A DNA stretch of 64,000 nucleotides from assembly GCA_963749495.1 (NCBI GenBank), contig CAVVMW010000014.1:64001-128000 (forward strand). Reading direction: 5' to 3'. Made by a program: the position numbers and the translations under genes. Shown piece by piece: positions 42,601-54,685 of the stretch (its first letter is position 1; each line of letters begins with the position of its first letter). The DNA comes from an uncultured bacterium. GTDB lineage: Bacteria > Verrucomicrobiota > Verrucomicrobiia > Limisphaerales > UBA8199. The notes beneath the pieces were generated by a model. It searched no databases, was not told the DNA's origin, and worked only from the letters and a program-made list of their open reading frames with translations.

Positions 42601-45600
42601 GCAACCAGGCCAACGACCTGTCCGGGTGCATCCTCACCGACAACTTTGCCACCAATAAGTTCGTCATCCCCTCCGGCACGCTTATTGGGCCCGGGGGCTA
42701 TCTGGCTTTCGACCAGTCGCAACTTGGCTTTGTGCCCAACGGGGCGGGCGGCACCATCTTCTTCATCAACCCGGACAGCAGCCGCGTGCTGGATGCCGTT
42801 CAATTCGAGGCCCAGGCCGATGGCGTTTCATTGGGGCGCTGGCCCGACGGGGCGGCGGCCTTTTATCCTTTGGCGGCGCGCACGCCGGGGACCAACAACA
42901 GCCCGATTTGGATCGGGGACATCGTCATCAACGAGCTGATGTACGACCCGCTCAGCGGCAACGACGACGACCAATACCTCGAGCTCTACAACAAAGGCGC
43001 CAACACGGTGAGCCTGGCTGATTGGCAGTTCACTGCGGGCGTCAGTTTCACCTTTCCGGCCGGCGTGAGCCTGGCCCCGGACAGCTACCTTGTGGTGGCG
43101 CGGAACCTGACGAATTTGGTCGCCAAGTATTCCAATCTGAACAGCGGCAACACGGTGGGCAATTTCAGCGGCAAGCTCTCCCACCATGGCGAGCGGGTGG
43201 CGCTGGCCATGCCGCAACTCCTGAGCGTGGCCGGCCCGGCGGGCCCGCTCACCAATAGGATCTATGTGGTCCAGGACGAGGTCACCTACGGCGTGGGGGG
43301 CCGGTGGGGTGACTGGGCGCGTGGCGGTGGCAGCAGCCTGGAACTGAGAAATCCCAATTCGAATCACCGCCTGGCCTACAATTGGGCCAACAGTGACGAG
43401 ACCGGCAAATCGGTCTGGACCAATCTTGAATACACCGGCGTTTTGGATAACGGGGCCAACTACAGTGGGGGCATCGATCATGTTCAACTGGGCCTGTTGG
43501 ACGTTGGGGAATGCCTGGTGGACAACATCGAGGTGCATCCCGGCGGCCCCACCGGGACCAATATCATTGCCAACGGCTCGTTCGAAACAGGGTTGACCAA
43601 TTGGACGCTGGAAGGAGATCACATGCGTTCGGGCCTCAAGACGGCCGCGGGGCTGGGGGGCTATCAGAGTTCCCAATCGTTGCACTTGCGTTCCAGCGAT
43701 TCGGTTTGGACGCTGGCCGATTACGCGCAGGGCGCCCTGAGCCAGACCAGCCTTGCGGCGGGCCAGACCGCGACGTTGCGGCTCAAGGCGCGCTGGCTGC
43801 GGGGTTGGCCCGAGGTCCTGATGCGGCTGCGGGGCAACTGGCTGGAGGTGACCGGCAGGATGCCCGTGCCGGCCAGCCTCGGCACGCCGGGCCTGCCCAA
43901 CAGCCGGTATGTGGCCAATCCCGGACCTGCCATCTACGAGGTCACGCACTCCCCGGCCCTGCCGGCGGCCAGCCAGCCGCTGGTGGTCAGCGCCCGGTTC
44001 CATGATGTCAACGGTTTCCAGCCCACGCTGCTCTACCGCCTCGATACCGCCGTCAACGCGAACCCCTCCTACGTCTCGGTGCCGATGGTCAATGACGGCA
44101 CCAGGGGCGATGCCATCGCCGGCGATGGTCTCTACAGCGCCACCATCCCCGCCCAGGCCGCCGGCAGGGTCGTCGCCTTCCTGGTGAGCGCGCGGGACAC
44201 CCTCGGCGCCACGAACTTCTTCCCGGCGGATCTCAAGAATAACGCCGGCGTTCCGCGCGAGTGCGTGGTGGGGTTCGGCGACGCCACGCCAAGCGGCAGC
44301 TTCAAGCACCAGCATGTTTTCCTGACCCAGAACTGGGCCAATCGCTGGGCCCAGGGGCCTTCTGGGGTCTCGCACGAAGTTTACGATGGCACCTGGGTCA
44401 ATGGCGGCGGCCGCATCATCTATGACTGGACCGGCCGCTATGCCGGCAGCCCGTATCACCAATATCAGGGGCTCGCCTGTGACGACCACTGGAGGCATGC
44501 ACTGGATTGTCCCCGAAGACGACCTGCTCTATGGCGTGGCCTCGCTGAACAAACAGCATGTGCCCGGCAACGGACCGCTGGATGACGACACCCTCCAGCG
44601 CGAGCAAACCAGTTACTGGATGGCCCAGCAGATCGGCCTGCCCTTTCAGAACCGCCGCTTCTACATCTACTTCGTCAATGGCAACCGCCACGGGCCGCTC
44701 ATGGAGGACTCGCAAACCCCCGATGGCGACTACCTCAAGGAGTACTTCCCTGGCGACACCGGCGGCGTCCTCTACAAGAACCATTCCTGGTTCGAGGGCG
44801 ACGTGGAGCCCTCGGGCACCTACATGAACTTCAACAACATGTCCTGGTGCGTGCTGGGCCGCTTCACCACGACCATCAATGGCGTGCCCAACCAATACAA
44901 GCCGGCCCGCTATCGCTGGATGTGGTGGATCCGGCAATGGATCGACTCGGCCAACGATTGCACCGAGTTGTTTCACTTGATTGACGCCGCCAACATCCCC
45001 ACCTCCAACCCGGCCTACTATGCGCAAATGGAGGCGGCGGTCGATACCGAGGAATGGCTGCGCCTGTCCGCCATCGAGCACGCCACCGGCGACTGGGACT
45101 CTTTCTTCACCCAGAACCAGTGGAACATGTACAACTACAAGCCCACGCAGGGCAAGTGGACCGCGCTCAAGTGGGATTGGAACATCACCCTGGGCAGCGG
45201 CACCCAGACCTGGCCCTCCGACGGCAGCGACCTCTTCACCTATGGCGGCCCCGACCCGGTCATGGCCACCTTCCACAACTACCCGGCCCACCAACGCGCC
45301 TATTTGCGGGCGTTGCAGGACATCGCCAACCTCGCGATGAACACTGCCAAAGTGAATCCCCTTCTGGACGCCAAGTATGCGGTGTTCGTGGCCAACGGCC
45401 TGACCACAACCGCCTACAATGGCATGACGGTCAAAAACCCGTCGGTGGCGCTCGAAGGCTGGATCGGGACCATGCACAACTCGATTCTGAACGCCTTGGC
45501 CAGTCACGGGGTGAGCAACATCCCCTTTGCCATCACCTCGGTGAGCGTCAACAACAACGTGGCCACCGTCTCGGGCACGGCGCCCCTGGCCGTCAAGAGC

Positions 45601-47728
45601 CTCCAGTTCAACGGGACCCAATGGCCGTTGACCTGGCCCAGCGTGACGACCTGGACGGCCACAGTGCCGCTGGGCCCCGGCACCAACATTTTGAGCGTCG
45701 CCGGGGTTGACCTGCACGGCCAGCCCGTCTCGGGCGCAACCGGCACGGCCGTGGCGGTCTATAAAGGGACGCTGCCACCGGCGGTGGGACGGATTGTCAT
45801 CAACGAGATTATGAACAACCCGAGCGTGCCGGGCGCCCAATACGTGGAGCTCTACAACAACTCGGGCACGGCCGCCTTCGACATATCGGGCTGGCGGTTG
45901 GACGGTCTGGGTTACAGCTTCCCGCCCGGTTCCTTCATTGCGGCAAACGGTTTTGTGGTCTTGGCGGCAGACCGGACGGCCTACGGGACGGCGTATGGGG
46001 TAACGACACCACTATTCGACACGTTTGGCGGTGCGCTGCCGGCCTCGGGCGCGACGCTCACGCTGGTCCAGCCTGGAATGGATCCCGCGAGCGATCAGGA
46101 GATAGCCAAGGTGCGCTATGAGGGCCAGCCGCCCTGGCCGGCCACTCCGCCCGGCAGTTCGCTCCAGCTCATCGATCCGCAGCAGGACAACTGGCGCGCC
46201 GGCAATTGGGGGGTCGGCCAGACCAACGGCAGCGCCCCCCCTCCGCCGTGGCAGTACGTGTCAATCACCGGCACGGCACCCCGGCCGATTCTGCTCATCT
46301 GCCTGCACAACGCAGCGGGAGACTGTTATATTGATGACCTCTGCCTGGTCGCCGGGAGCGTCCCCGGGGCCGGGGTTAACCTGCTCACCAATGGCGATTT
46401 CGAAGGGCCCTTGACCGGACCCTGGACCGTCTCGGCCAACCTGAGCGCCTCGGCCATTGTCAGCGATACCAGCCACTCCGGCGGCCACAGCTTGCACCTG
46501 GTGGGGTCCGGCTACGGCGACACGATTGCGGACGCGATTTGGGAGAACACAGCACCCATCGTGACCAATGGCACCTACACCTTGAGCTATTGGTTCAAGC
46601 CCGGCGCCAGCGGCAGCCAGTTGCTCGTCCGCCTTTCCGGGACCTCGCCCAGCAGCGGCATGGTCTATAGTCTGTCGGACCTCCAAACCACGCCCGCCCC
46701 GGCCTTGACCACCTGTACGCCCGGAGCCGCCAACTCGGTCCTGGCCAGCCTGCCGGCTTTCCCGCCACTCTGGCTCAACGAACTCCAGGCCGATAATCTG
46801 ACCGGCATCACCAACCGCGCCGGCCAGCGCTCCCCCTGGCTCGAACTCTACAACCCCACCACCAACGCCGTTCCCCTGGCCGGGCTTTACCTGGCCAACG
46901 ATTACACGAACCTGACGCAGTGGGCTTTCCCCGCCAACGCCGTTATCGGCCCCGGCGAATTCAAGGTCATCTTCGCCGACGGCCAGACCGATCTCTCCAC
47001 CACCAATGAACTGCACACCAGCTTCACCCTCCAAAGCGGCGCAGGGTCCCTCGCCTTGAGCCGGCTCTACAACAGCCTGCCGCAGGTCCTCGATTACGTG
47101 GATTACACAAACCTCCCGCCCGATTGGGCTTACGGTTCTGTGCCCGACGGCCAGGCCTTCACCCGTGAGCCGCTCTTCCATGCCACCCCAGGCGGCCCCA
47201 ATAACAGCCAGTCCACCAATGCCGGCCCTGCCCTGGCCGACCCAGGGTACTCGTTGGGTCTATCTCGGCCAGACGCTCAGCTTCACCCTCGTGGCCACCG
47301 ACCCCGACGTCCCGCCCGAAACCCTCACCTTCAGCCTCGACCCAGGAGCCCCGGCCCATGCCAGCCTCGACCCCGCCTCCGGCCTCTTCACCTGGACGCC
47401 CGCGCCGAACCAGGTTCCAAGCACAAACCTCGTCACCGCGCGTGTGACCGACAACGGCACGCCCCCCCTGAGCGCCGCCCGGACATTCTCGATCTTCTCA
47501 GTCCCAGTTCCAACGCTGGGCCTGGTCCGCGCCGCCGGCAATCCCATGGCCTTCGCCTGGCCGAGCGTGCCCGGCGCCCTTTACCGGGTGCAATACAAAG
47601 AGGACCTTGCCGCCACTGCCTGGACCAACCTCGGCAATGATCTCACCGGCACCGGCGCCCCGCTCTCCGTCACCCCGGACACCACCGCCGCCCACCAACG
47701 CTTTTACCGCCTGCTCATCGTCCCGTAG
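39615..47728 (+). CDS. Giant surface protein: ConA-like, PA14, Ig, multiple lamin-tail domains, CotH-like, Ig (frameshifts near 44470 and 47250)
   Basis: GGGADI..DQ modules, PA14 (GSYTFWIASAD), several INE..ELYN modules, GDWDSF..WDWN, SLDPGAP..SGLFTWTP. Confidence 0.85.
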
Positions 47729-47965
47729 CTCCAGGAAGCCGCCGAGTTTTATTTGGGACCATGAACCGGATAGGGGCGGCGAGGCCGCGAAGCGTTTTGG
47801 ACTGCGGCAGTCCTCTGCCGCTTTTCCGGACCCCTGGGGAGGGCGAAGCGAAAGCGCCAGAGGACTGGCGCAGTCCAAAACCTTGCGGACTTCGGAGGTT
47901 CATCGAAAGGGGGCCGTCCCTCCCTCTGTACGTGGAAACGCAGGACGTTCCAACCCCGAACGCTC

Positions 47966-48436
47966 TCATCCTCCGGCGCTCTTCCCCGTCATCTCTTCGA
48001 TAGCCAGCCTTAAAACCAGGGCATGCCCAAGACTCTCGGGCCGGTAAGCAGGCGCCAGGTTGCCATACTGAGCCATGACGCGGTCCAAGCCAAATCGGCG
48101 CTGCTCGGGGTCGGTGACAATCTCCAAGCGCCCGCTCCCCATGACGCTCTCATATTTCATCCCCCAATCGCAGGCGCTCCGGCCCGTGACCAATCCGAGC
48201 GGCCGGTCGATGACAAAGGCGCATCGCGGATTCTGCCGGAGGAGGTCAAGCTTCCTGCCCTGCGTTGCGCAATGGAAATAGAGGGCCGGCGGCGCTCCGG
48301 GCGCGTATCCAAAATTGAGGGCCACCGCATAAGGGCGGCCGTCCGGGCTGGTCAGCGCCAAATGACAGACCTGGCACCTCGAGATGATCCCCTCCATCTC
48401 CGCGCGGTCGGTCACTTCACGCTCTTTGCGTCTCAT
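47966..48436 (-). CDS. Pyridoxamine 5'-phosphate oxidase-like flavin-binding protein (NimA-like)
   Basis: MRRKEREV, PYAVALNFGY, YFHCATQGRKLD, YESVMG.G, MTGK. Confidence 0.9.
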   Translation of the reverse strand: MRRKEREVTDRAEMEGIISRCQVCHLALTSPDGRPYAVALNFGYAPGAPPALYFHCATQGRKLDLLRQNPRCAFVIDRPLGLVTGRSACDWGMKYESVMGSGRLEIVTDPEQRRFGLDRVMAQYGNLAPAYRPESLGHALVLRLAIEEMTGKSAGG

Positions 48437-48539
48437 GCGAAGCAGAGCCTAGCACAAGCGTCAAGACCGTTCGGTTTGCTGCAGGCGGTTGGGTAGTGTC
48501 CTCATCAGAGTGGCTGGAGCGCCAACGGCCAACGCTCAC

Positions 48540-48730
48540 CGCGTAGCGGTGCCCGATGGTAGCCGTGGACTTCCAGTCCACGGACCCACGGCCCAAGCTA
48601 GACCGCGTCGCGTAGCGACGCCTGAAAACCGCAAGGCCGTCAGGCGTCGCTACGCGACGCGGGCCCGTTCCCACGCCGCAAACCGTGGACCGAGGTCCAC
48701 GGCTACCTTCACTGCGTCGCTCCGCGACGC
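48540..48730. repeat. REP-like palindromic element; second copy at about 63777-63970
   Basis: ggtagccgtggacttc(c)agtccacgg..cgtcgcgtagcgacg..ccgtggaccgaggtccacggctacc shared by both copies. Confidence 0.82.
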
Positions 48731-48859
48731 GCGCGAGAAAGGGAGCGGCCCACGAATGGCACGAACCACACTAATAGTCTCCATTCGTGTGATTCGTGTC
48801 ATTCGTGGGCCAGTCTCTTTTCCGCGTATTCCGCGTATTCCGCGGTTCCTCAAAAACCC

Positions 48860-51800
48860 TTAGGCGAGGATTTGGGAGTCCCCTGCCCGCTTGATTCGCT
48901 CGAGCATTTCGTCCAGGCGTTTGGGCGAGACGGGAAAGGCGGTCCCCAGTTCCTGGGCGAACAATGAGACTTTGTATTCCTCGATCATCCAGCGGAACTC
49001 GTCGAGCAGGCGGCGCGCGGCCTCGGACTGCGCCGGGGCGGCGCGGAGCTGGCCCAGGGCGTGCAGATAGGGCGCAAGCTGCTGGGCGCGCTGGCGGTCC
49101 TTGAGGGGATTGAGCGCGGCCCGCTCAGCGCGGGTCAGGAGGGCCTTGAGATAACGGGGGAATTGTTCGAGTTGCTCGAAAGGAACCTGCTGGAGAAAGT
49201 CCCGGGGCAACAGGGCCTTCGAGCTCCCCCGCCACGGGATCGGATGGCGGGTGCGGGGCGGGCCCACTGGCGAGGTCGGACGAGTCGGACCGGTCTGACC
49301 GGTCTGACGGGTCGGACGGCCCGGGCTTGCGGCGACGGAGGATTTCCTGGCGCAGCCGCAGAATCGGCTCCAGACGCCCGATGAGCAGCGCGGGCAGGCC
49401 CGGCAGGCGGGCGCGGACCTGCTCGGCGGCCGCGCGGAAGTTGGACTCGGTCAGGACAGATGGCGCGGCAGGCGGCATTATGTATCGTTGGAGGTTTGCG
49501 AACGCGCCGGCCTGGAGGTCCTCGGCGGAACAAAGGTCCCCGAGAAGCGGCTCGAAGCGGGCCAGGGCACGGAGGTCTTTCTGGAGCCAGGCCAAGTCTC
49601 GTTGCAGTGCCAATGCGATGAGGCGCTGGAAGCCCCCGGCGCCAGCCCTGCGCGCCGCCTCCTGGCTGTGGAAGAGGCGCACGTTCACGCGGCCTTCCTC
49701 GACCTGCAAACCGGGCCAGGCGCAGAGGGGCGCACCGCCGGTTTCCTCCACGGTCAACCGTTCGGGCAAGTCGCCGAAGGTCCAGCCGGTCAGCCCGAAC
49801 CGTTCCCAGTGCCGGGCCAGGCGGGTCCAGGCCGCAGGCTCGCCCGCAGGCGGCGCCTTGAGCGTCTCCAACTGCCGGCGCAGCTCCAGCAGGTCGCGCC
49901 CCGCCAGGACGGGCTGGAGACCGGGGATTTGCACGCGTGGACGCAGGTGCGCCGGCAGCGCCTGGGCGGGCCAGGCCGAGACGGGCACCTCAACGCCATA
50001 CCGGCGGTGGATGAACCTCGCCAGATCGTGCAGCAGCGAGTGGGGGCCCGGGCGCAGGTCGCGGGCGATCTCGGCGACTCTCGGCGCAAAGGGCATTAGT
50101 TGGCGCCGCAGCCCCTTGGGCAGGGCGCGAAGCAACTCGCCAACCTGCGCCTCGCGCAGGCCCGGCACGGCCCATTCGACGGCGGCCGGCGAGACGCTCT
50201 GCACCAGGGCCGCGTCCAACTTGAGGGTCACGCCGTCCTGCTCCTCGCCCGGCGAGTAGGCGTAACTGACCGGCACCGGCTGTCCGCCCAGCGGCACCGA
50301 ATCCGGAAAGGCCTGCGCATCGTAGCTCAACTCCAGGCCGCCGATCAGGTCGGCCTCCGTCGCGCACAGGAACTTCGGGTCTTTGCGCCCGCGCAGCAGC
50401 CGGTCCATCTCGTGCCACGAGGAGACGTTCTCGAGTTGTTTGGCATAAAACTCGAACAGCGCCTGGTCCAGGTCCGCCAAATCATGCCGCCGCACGCGGG
50501 TCTGCCAGGTCTCGATCTTCTGGCGGACCTTGCGGTTGTGCTCGAGGAAGGGGTAGCGCGGGACGAGGGACGAGGGGCGAGGGTCGAGGCAGCCCCGCGG
50601 GCTTGCCCCTCGCCCCTCGTCCCTCGCCCCTCGCCCCTCGCCCCTCGCCCCTTGTTCCTCTGCCTCCTCGACCAGCGCCGCGCGGATGAAGATCTCGGTT
50701 GCGGCCTTGGGGTTGATGTTGCCGTAGGCGGCGTTGCGTTTGTGGACCTCCAGGCCATAGAGCGAGATGCGCTCCTCGACCAGGACGCGGCCGGCCTCGG
50801 GACTCCAATGCGGCTTGTGGTGCGTCACCGTGCAGAGGTGCGGCGCCAATTCCACAATCCACATCGGGTCGATCCCCGCCACCGTTCGGGCAAAGACCTG
50901 GGAAGTCTGGACGACCTCGCCCGCGACGATCCATTCCGGCTGGGAGCCGGGAGGGGAATTCGGCTCCGGTTGGCGCGGACGCGAGTGCCTGCCCTTGGCG
51001 GGCCGATTCGGGCCCTTGGCCCGGTCGTAGAGCGCGGAGCCGGGGAAGATGGCGACCTGCCGGTTGCCGGCGGCCTTGTAAAGATTGCGCTCGGTGCGCT
51101 GGGCGACGTGTCCGAGCAGGCCCGCCAGGATGCAACGATGGATGGCGTCGTAGGAGGCATTGGCTTCGTCGAGATAAGGGCGCACGGCGCCGAGTTCCTC
51201 GAGGGCCTCGTGGAGCTGGGCGTGGAGGTCCTGCCACTCGCGCATGCGGGTGTAAGAGAGGAAGTTGGCCTTGCAAAACTTGCGCCGCTGGCTTTGGGTG
51301 CGAAGCGTTTCCCACTGGTCGTGGACGGCATCCCAGAGGTTGAGCAGGGTGAGGAAATCGGAGCGCGGGTCGGCGAAGCGATTGTGCGCGGCGGCGGCGG
51401 CGTCCTTGTGTTCGAGCGGCCGCTCGCGGGGGTCCTGGATGCTGAGGCCGGCGGCGATGATGAGCAAGGGGCGGGTGGCGTGCTCGAGCTCGGATTGGAG
51501 CAGCATCCGGCCCAGGGTCGGATCGATGGGCAAGTGGGCCAGGTCGCGTCCCAGCGGCGTGAGTTGTCTGGCTGTGTCGAGGGCGCCCAATTCCTGCAGC
51601 AAGGCGTAGCCGCCCTGGATGGCGGCGGGGGCGGGTGGATTGATGAACGGGAAGGTCTCGATCTCGCCGAGTTGAAAGGCCTTCATCCGCAGGATGACCT
51701 CGGCCAGGTTCGCCCGCTGGATTTCAGGCTGAGTGTAGGCCGGGCGCGCGGCAAAGTCGGCTTCCGAGTAGAGCCGGACGCAGACGCCGTTCTGGACGCG

Positions 51801-53003
51801 GCCGCTCCTGCCTTTGCGCTGGTCGGCGCTGCTCCGGGAGATGGCTTCGATCGGCAGGCGCCGGGTGCGCGTGCGCGGGTTGTAGCGGCTCACGCGGGCG
51901 AGGCCCGAATCGATGACGTACCGGATGCCGGGAATAGTGAGCGAGGTCTCGGCGATGTTTGTGGCCACCACGACCTTTCGCCTTGCGGCGGGGGCAAAGA
52001 CCCGTTGCTGGTCGCCCGAGCTGAGCCGGCCGAACAGCGGGATGATCTCGGCCTGCTCGCCAAACCGGGTCTTGAGCTGGTCGCTGGTCTCGCGGATGTC
52101 GCGTTCACCCGGCATGAAGATCAGCACGTCGCCCTGGCCCGGTCCGGACAGCGCCTGCCCGGCTGCGCGGACGGCGGCATTGATGTAAGTGAGGTTGCCG
52201 CTGTCCTCGGAATCGGCGTCGAATGGCGCATACACCGTTTCGACCGGGTAAAGCCTGCCGGAGACCTGGATGACCGGCGCGTGGTCGAAGGCCTGGGAGA
52301 ATGCCGCCGTATCGAGGGTGGCCGAGGTGATGATGAGCTTGAGGCCGGGCCGCTTGGCCAGCAGGCCCTTGAGGCAGCCCAGGAGGAAATCGATGTTCAG
52401 GCTCCGCTCGTGCGCCTCGTCGAGGATGATGGCGTTGTATTCACAGAGCAGCGGGTCGCCCTGGGTCTCCGCCAGCAGGATGCCGTCGGTCATCAGCTTG
52501 ATGTAAGTCTCCGGGCTTGACCGGTCGTCGAACCGTATCTTGCAGCCGACCTCCCGGCCCCAGGTCACGTCGAGCTCCTCCGCTATCCGGCGCGAGATGG
52601 ACAGGGCGGCCACCCGCCGCGGCTGGGTGCAGCCGATCTTCGCCTCGATGCCCAGGCCCGCCTCCAGGCACATCTTGGGGAGCTGCGTGGTCTTGCCCGA
52701 GCCGGTCTCGCCGGCCACGACCACCACCGGGTGGGCGCGGATGGCCTCGAGGATTTCGTCCTTCCGGCTCGTGATTGGCAACTGGGCCGGGTAACTGAGG
52801 GCCGGCACGTCCCGCCGCCGCTGCTCGCGCAACTGGACCGACGCCCGCGCCCGGGCCAGCAGCCGCTCCAAGACCGCCTCGTGCGCCTCCGCGTGCAGCC
52901 GGTCCCGCAGCAGCCGCACCAGCCGCGACCCCAGCCGCACCCAGTCCGCGAGCATCGCCTGCGGGAGCAGCCTTCGGATTTCCTCGATGCGAGCGTCGGC
53001 CAT
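48860..53003 (-). CDS. hrpA: ATP-dependent RNA helicase HrpA (frameshift near 49225)
   Basis: GETGSGKTTQ, DEAH, SAT, QRKGRSGR; C-terminal FRWMIEEYKVSLFAQELGT in another frame. Confidence 0.93.
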
Positions 53004-53042
53004 GCGCGTCAGGTAGCGTCACCTCGTGGAATACGAGGGCCT

Positions 53043-53615
53043 TCAGGTGTGCTTGGGCCTGAGCAGACCGGATAATGCTGCCTCCAACTCCGGGGCTACG
53101 CCAAGTTCGCCTGCCCAACGGCGCAGATAGGCCTCGTCCAGCTTTCCGCGTTGCACTTGGACGACGCCGGCTACATCGCCCAGTTGCCTGTCCGAGGGGG
53201 TGATGCGGTTCCAGTGGAGCTTGTGCAGGATGACATCCTCGGCGGTGGCCAGCCAGATCGTCTCTCCGGACCATGAGTCCTGGAGCCGCCGCCTGAACAT
53301 CTCTTCCTCGAAAGGGACCCGCCGCAGCAGCCAGAAATCCACCTTCAAGGCCGAGGGCACGTGGATGACGTTAAACTGGTGCGGTGGCTGGTAAGCGGAG
53401 CGAACCTGGGCCTCATCGATGAAATAGTCGGAGCTGGCGAAAGCGCCCATTATCGCTGTGACTTGGGAAGGAGGCAATTGGATGACAAAATCGAGGTCGT
53501 GAGTCGAGCGCGGGATCCCCCAGGCGTTGCTGGCCATGGACCCGGTGAGCATGTAGGCAACGCCGCTCGCATTCAGGCGCCGCACGCAATCCAAAAGCAG
53601 TTCCTGCTCCGTCAT
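53043..53615 (-). CDS. Nucleotidyltransferase-fold protein
   Basis: YMLTGSMAS..GIPRSTHDLD, EDVILHKL, SDRQLGDV. Confidence 0.8.
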   Translation of the reverse strand: MTEQELLLDCVRRLNASGVAYMLTGSMASNAWGIPRSTHDLDFVIQLPPSQVTAIMGAFASSDYFIDEAQVRSAYQPPHQFNVIHVPSALKVDFWLLRRVPFEEEMFRRRLQDSWSGETIWLATAEDVILHKLHWNRITPSDRQLGDVAGVVQVQRGKLDEAYLRRWAGELGVAPELEAALSGLLRPKHT

Positions 53616-53815
53616 AGGTTGCGAGCCAAAACCAGACGTTGCCGCAGCAGTTCCTCGACCTGGGCCGGCGAGGCCTCGGGGTGCTGCCGGCGAATCCCTA
53701 GCCGGGCCATCTCGCAGGCCAGTTCATGGAGCCGCAGCGCAATCCCCACCCGTTCCTCGCGCGTCATGGCGCGATAGCGGGCGATTTGAGCGTCCAGCGC
53801 GGCTTCCGGTGTCAT
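53612..53815 (-). CDS. Small partner protein of the nucleotidyltransferase (putative antitoxin)
   Basis: 67 aa, YRAMTREER..GIRRQHPEAS; ATGA overlap with the downstream gene. Confidence 0.72.
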   Translation of the reverse strand: MTPEAALDAQIARYRAMTREERVGIALRLHELACEMARLGIRRQHPEASPAQVEELLRQRLVLARNL

Positions 53816-53926
53816 CGCTCCAGCAACGTAGATGGAACCGACCGCGGGCTCAAGCAGACAAATGCCTTGTGTCTGCTTCCCATTGGCCGGGGCCTAGCGT
53901 ATAATGGCGGCAAAGAAAGCAGAGCT

Positions 53927-54289
53927 ATGACTAAAGTAGCCATACTGCCGGAATCCTCGAGTCAAGACGGCACGGTGTATCGCGCCGTCGCCGGCAAGCG
54001 CCAATCGGTCGCCAAGACCGCTGGCGCCGCTTTGGACGCGCTGACGGCGCAGTTGCCCGCGGACGAGAGTGGCACCCTCGTGATCGTCCAAAGTCATAAG
54101 CCAGACGAATTCTTCACGGGCCAACAGCAGCGTCGCCTTGGGGAGTTGATGGACCGATGGCGAGCCGCGCGAAACGAAAGTCGCCCGCTGCCTCAGGCTG
54201 AACAGCAGGAGTTGGATGCCCTGGTGGAAGCCGAGGCACGGGCCGCCGGCGAACGGGCCGCCGCGATCCTGGCTGACCTGGGCAGATGA
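53927..54289 (+). CDS. Hypothetical protein (antitoxin-like)
   Basis: 120 aa ORF after a TATAAT box; TAGAALDALTAQL..PDEFFT..RLGELM. Confidence 0.65.
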   Translation: MTKVAILPESSSQDGTVYRAVAGKRQSVAKTAGAALDALTAQLPADESGTLVIVQSHKPDEFFTGQQQRRLGELMDRWRAARNESRPLPQAEQQELDALVEAEARAAGERAAAILADLGR

Positions 54290-54376
54290 ACAGGCCCCTC
54301 CAGTTAACCGCTCGACGCCAGTGGATGCGCCTGGGACTTTTCCCTGGCCTATAAGACGCCTGACCGGGAGCAATCA

Positions 54377-54552
54377 GCGCCCGGGCGAGCAACCGCTCCA
54401 AGACCGCCTCGTGCGCCTCCAGGTGCAACCGGTCCCGCAGCAGCCGCACCAGCCCTGACCCCAGCCGCACCAGTTCCGGGAAGATCGTCCGGGGAATGCG
54501 TTGTTGGAGTCCCTGGATGAGAGCGTCGGCCATGCGGCTCAGGTCGCCTCAC
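54377..54552 (-). pseudogene. Duplicated, truncated 5' end of hrpA
   Basis: Aligns ungapped to 52847-53022; MADALIQ..VRLGSGLVRLLRDRLHLEAHEAVLERLLARA. Confidence 0.88.
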
Positions 54553-54685
54553 TTCTTGGCTGAGTACTCCCCATAAAATTCCGAGATGTAACTCCGGCGA
54601 TGGGGGAATCTGGATCTTATCATCAGCAATCTAAGGCTCCCCGTTGCCCTCTTGGCCGTCGAGTACCTTCGCAAGCAGACAAATG

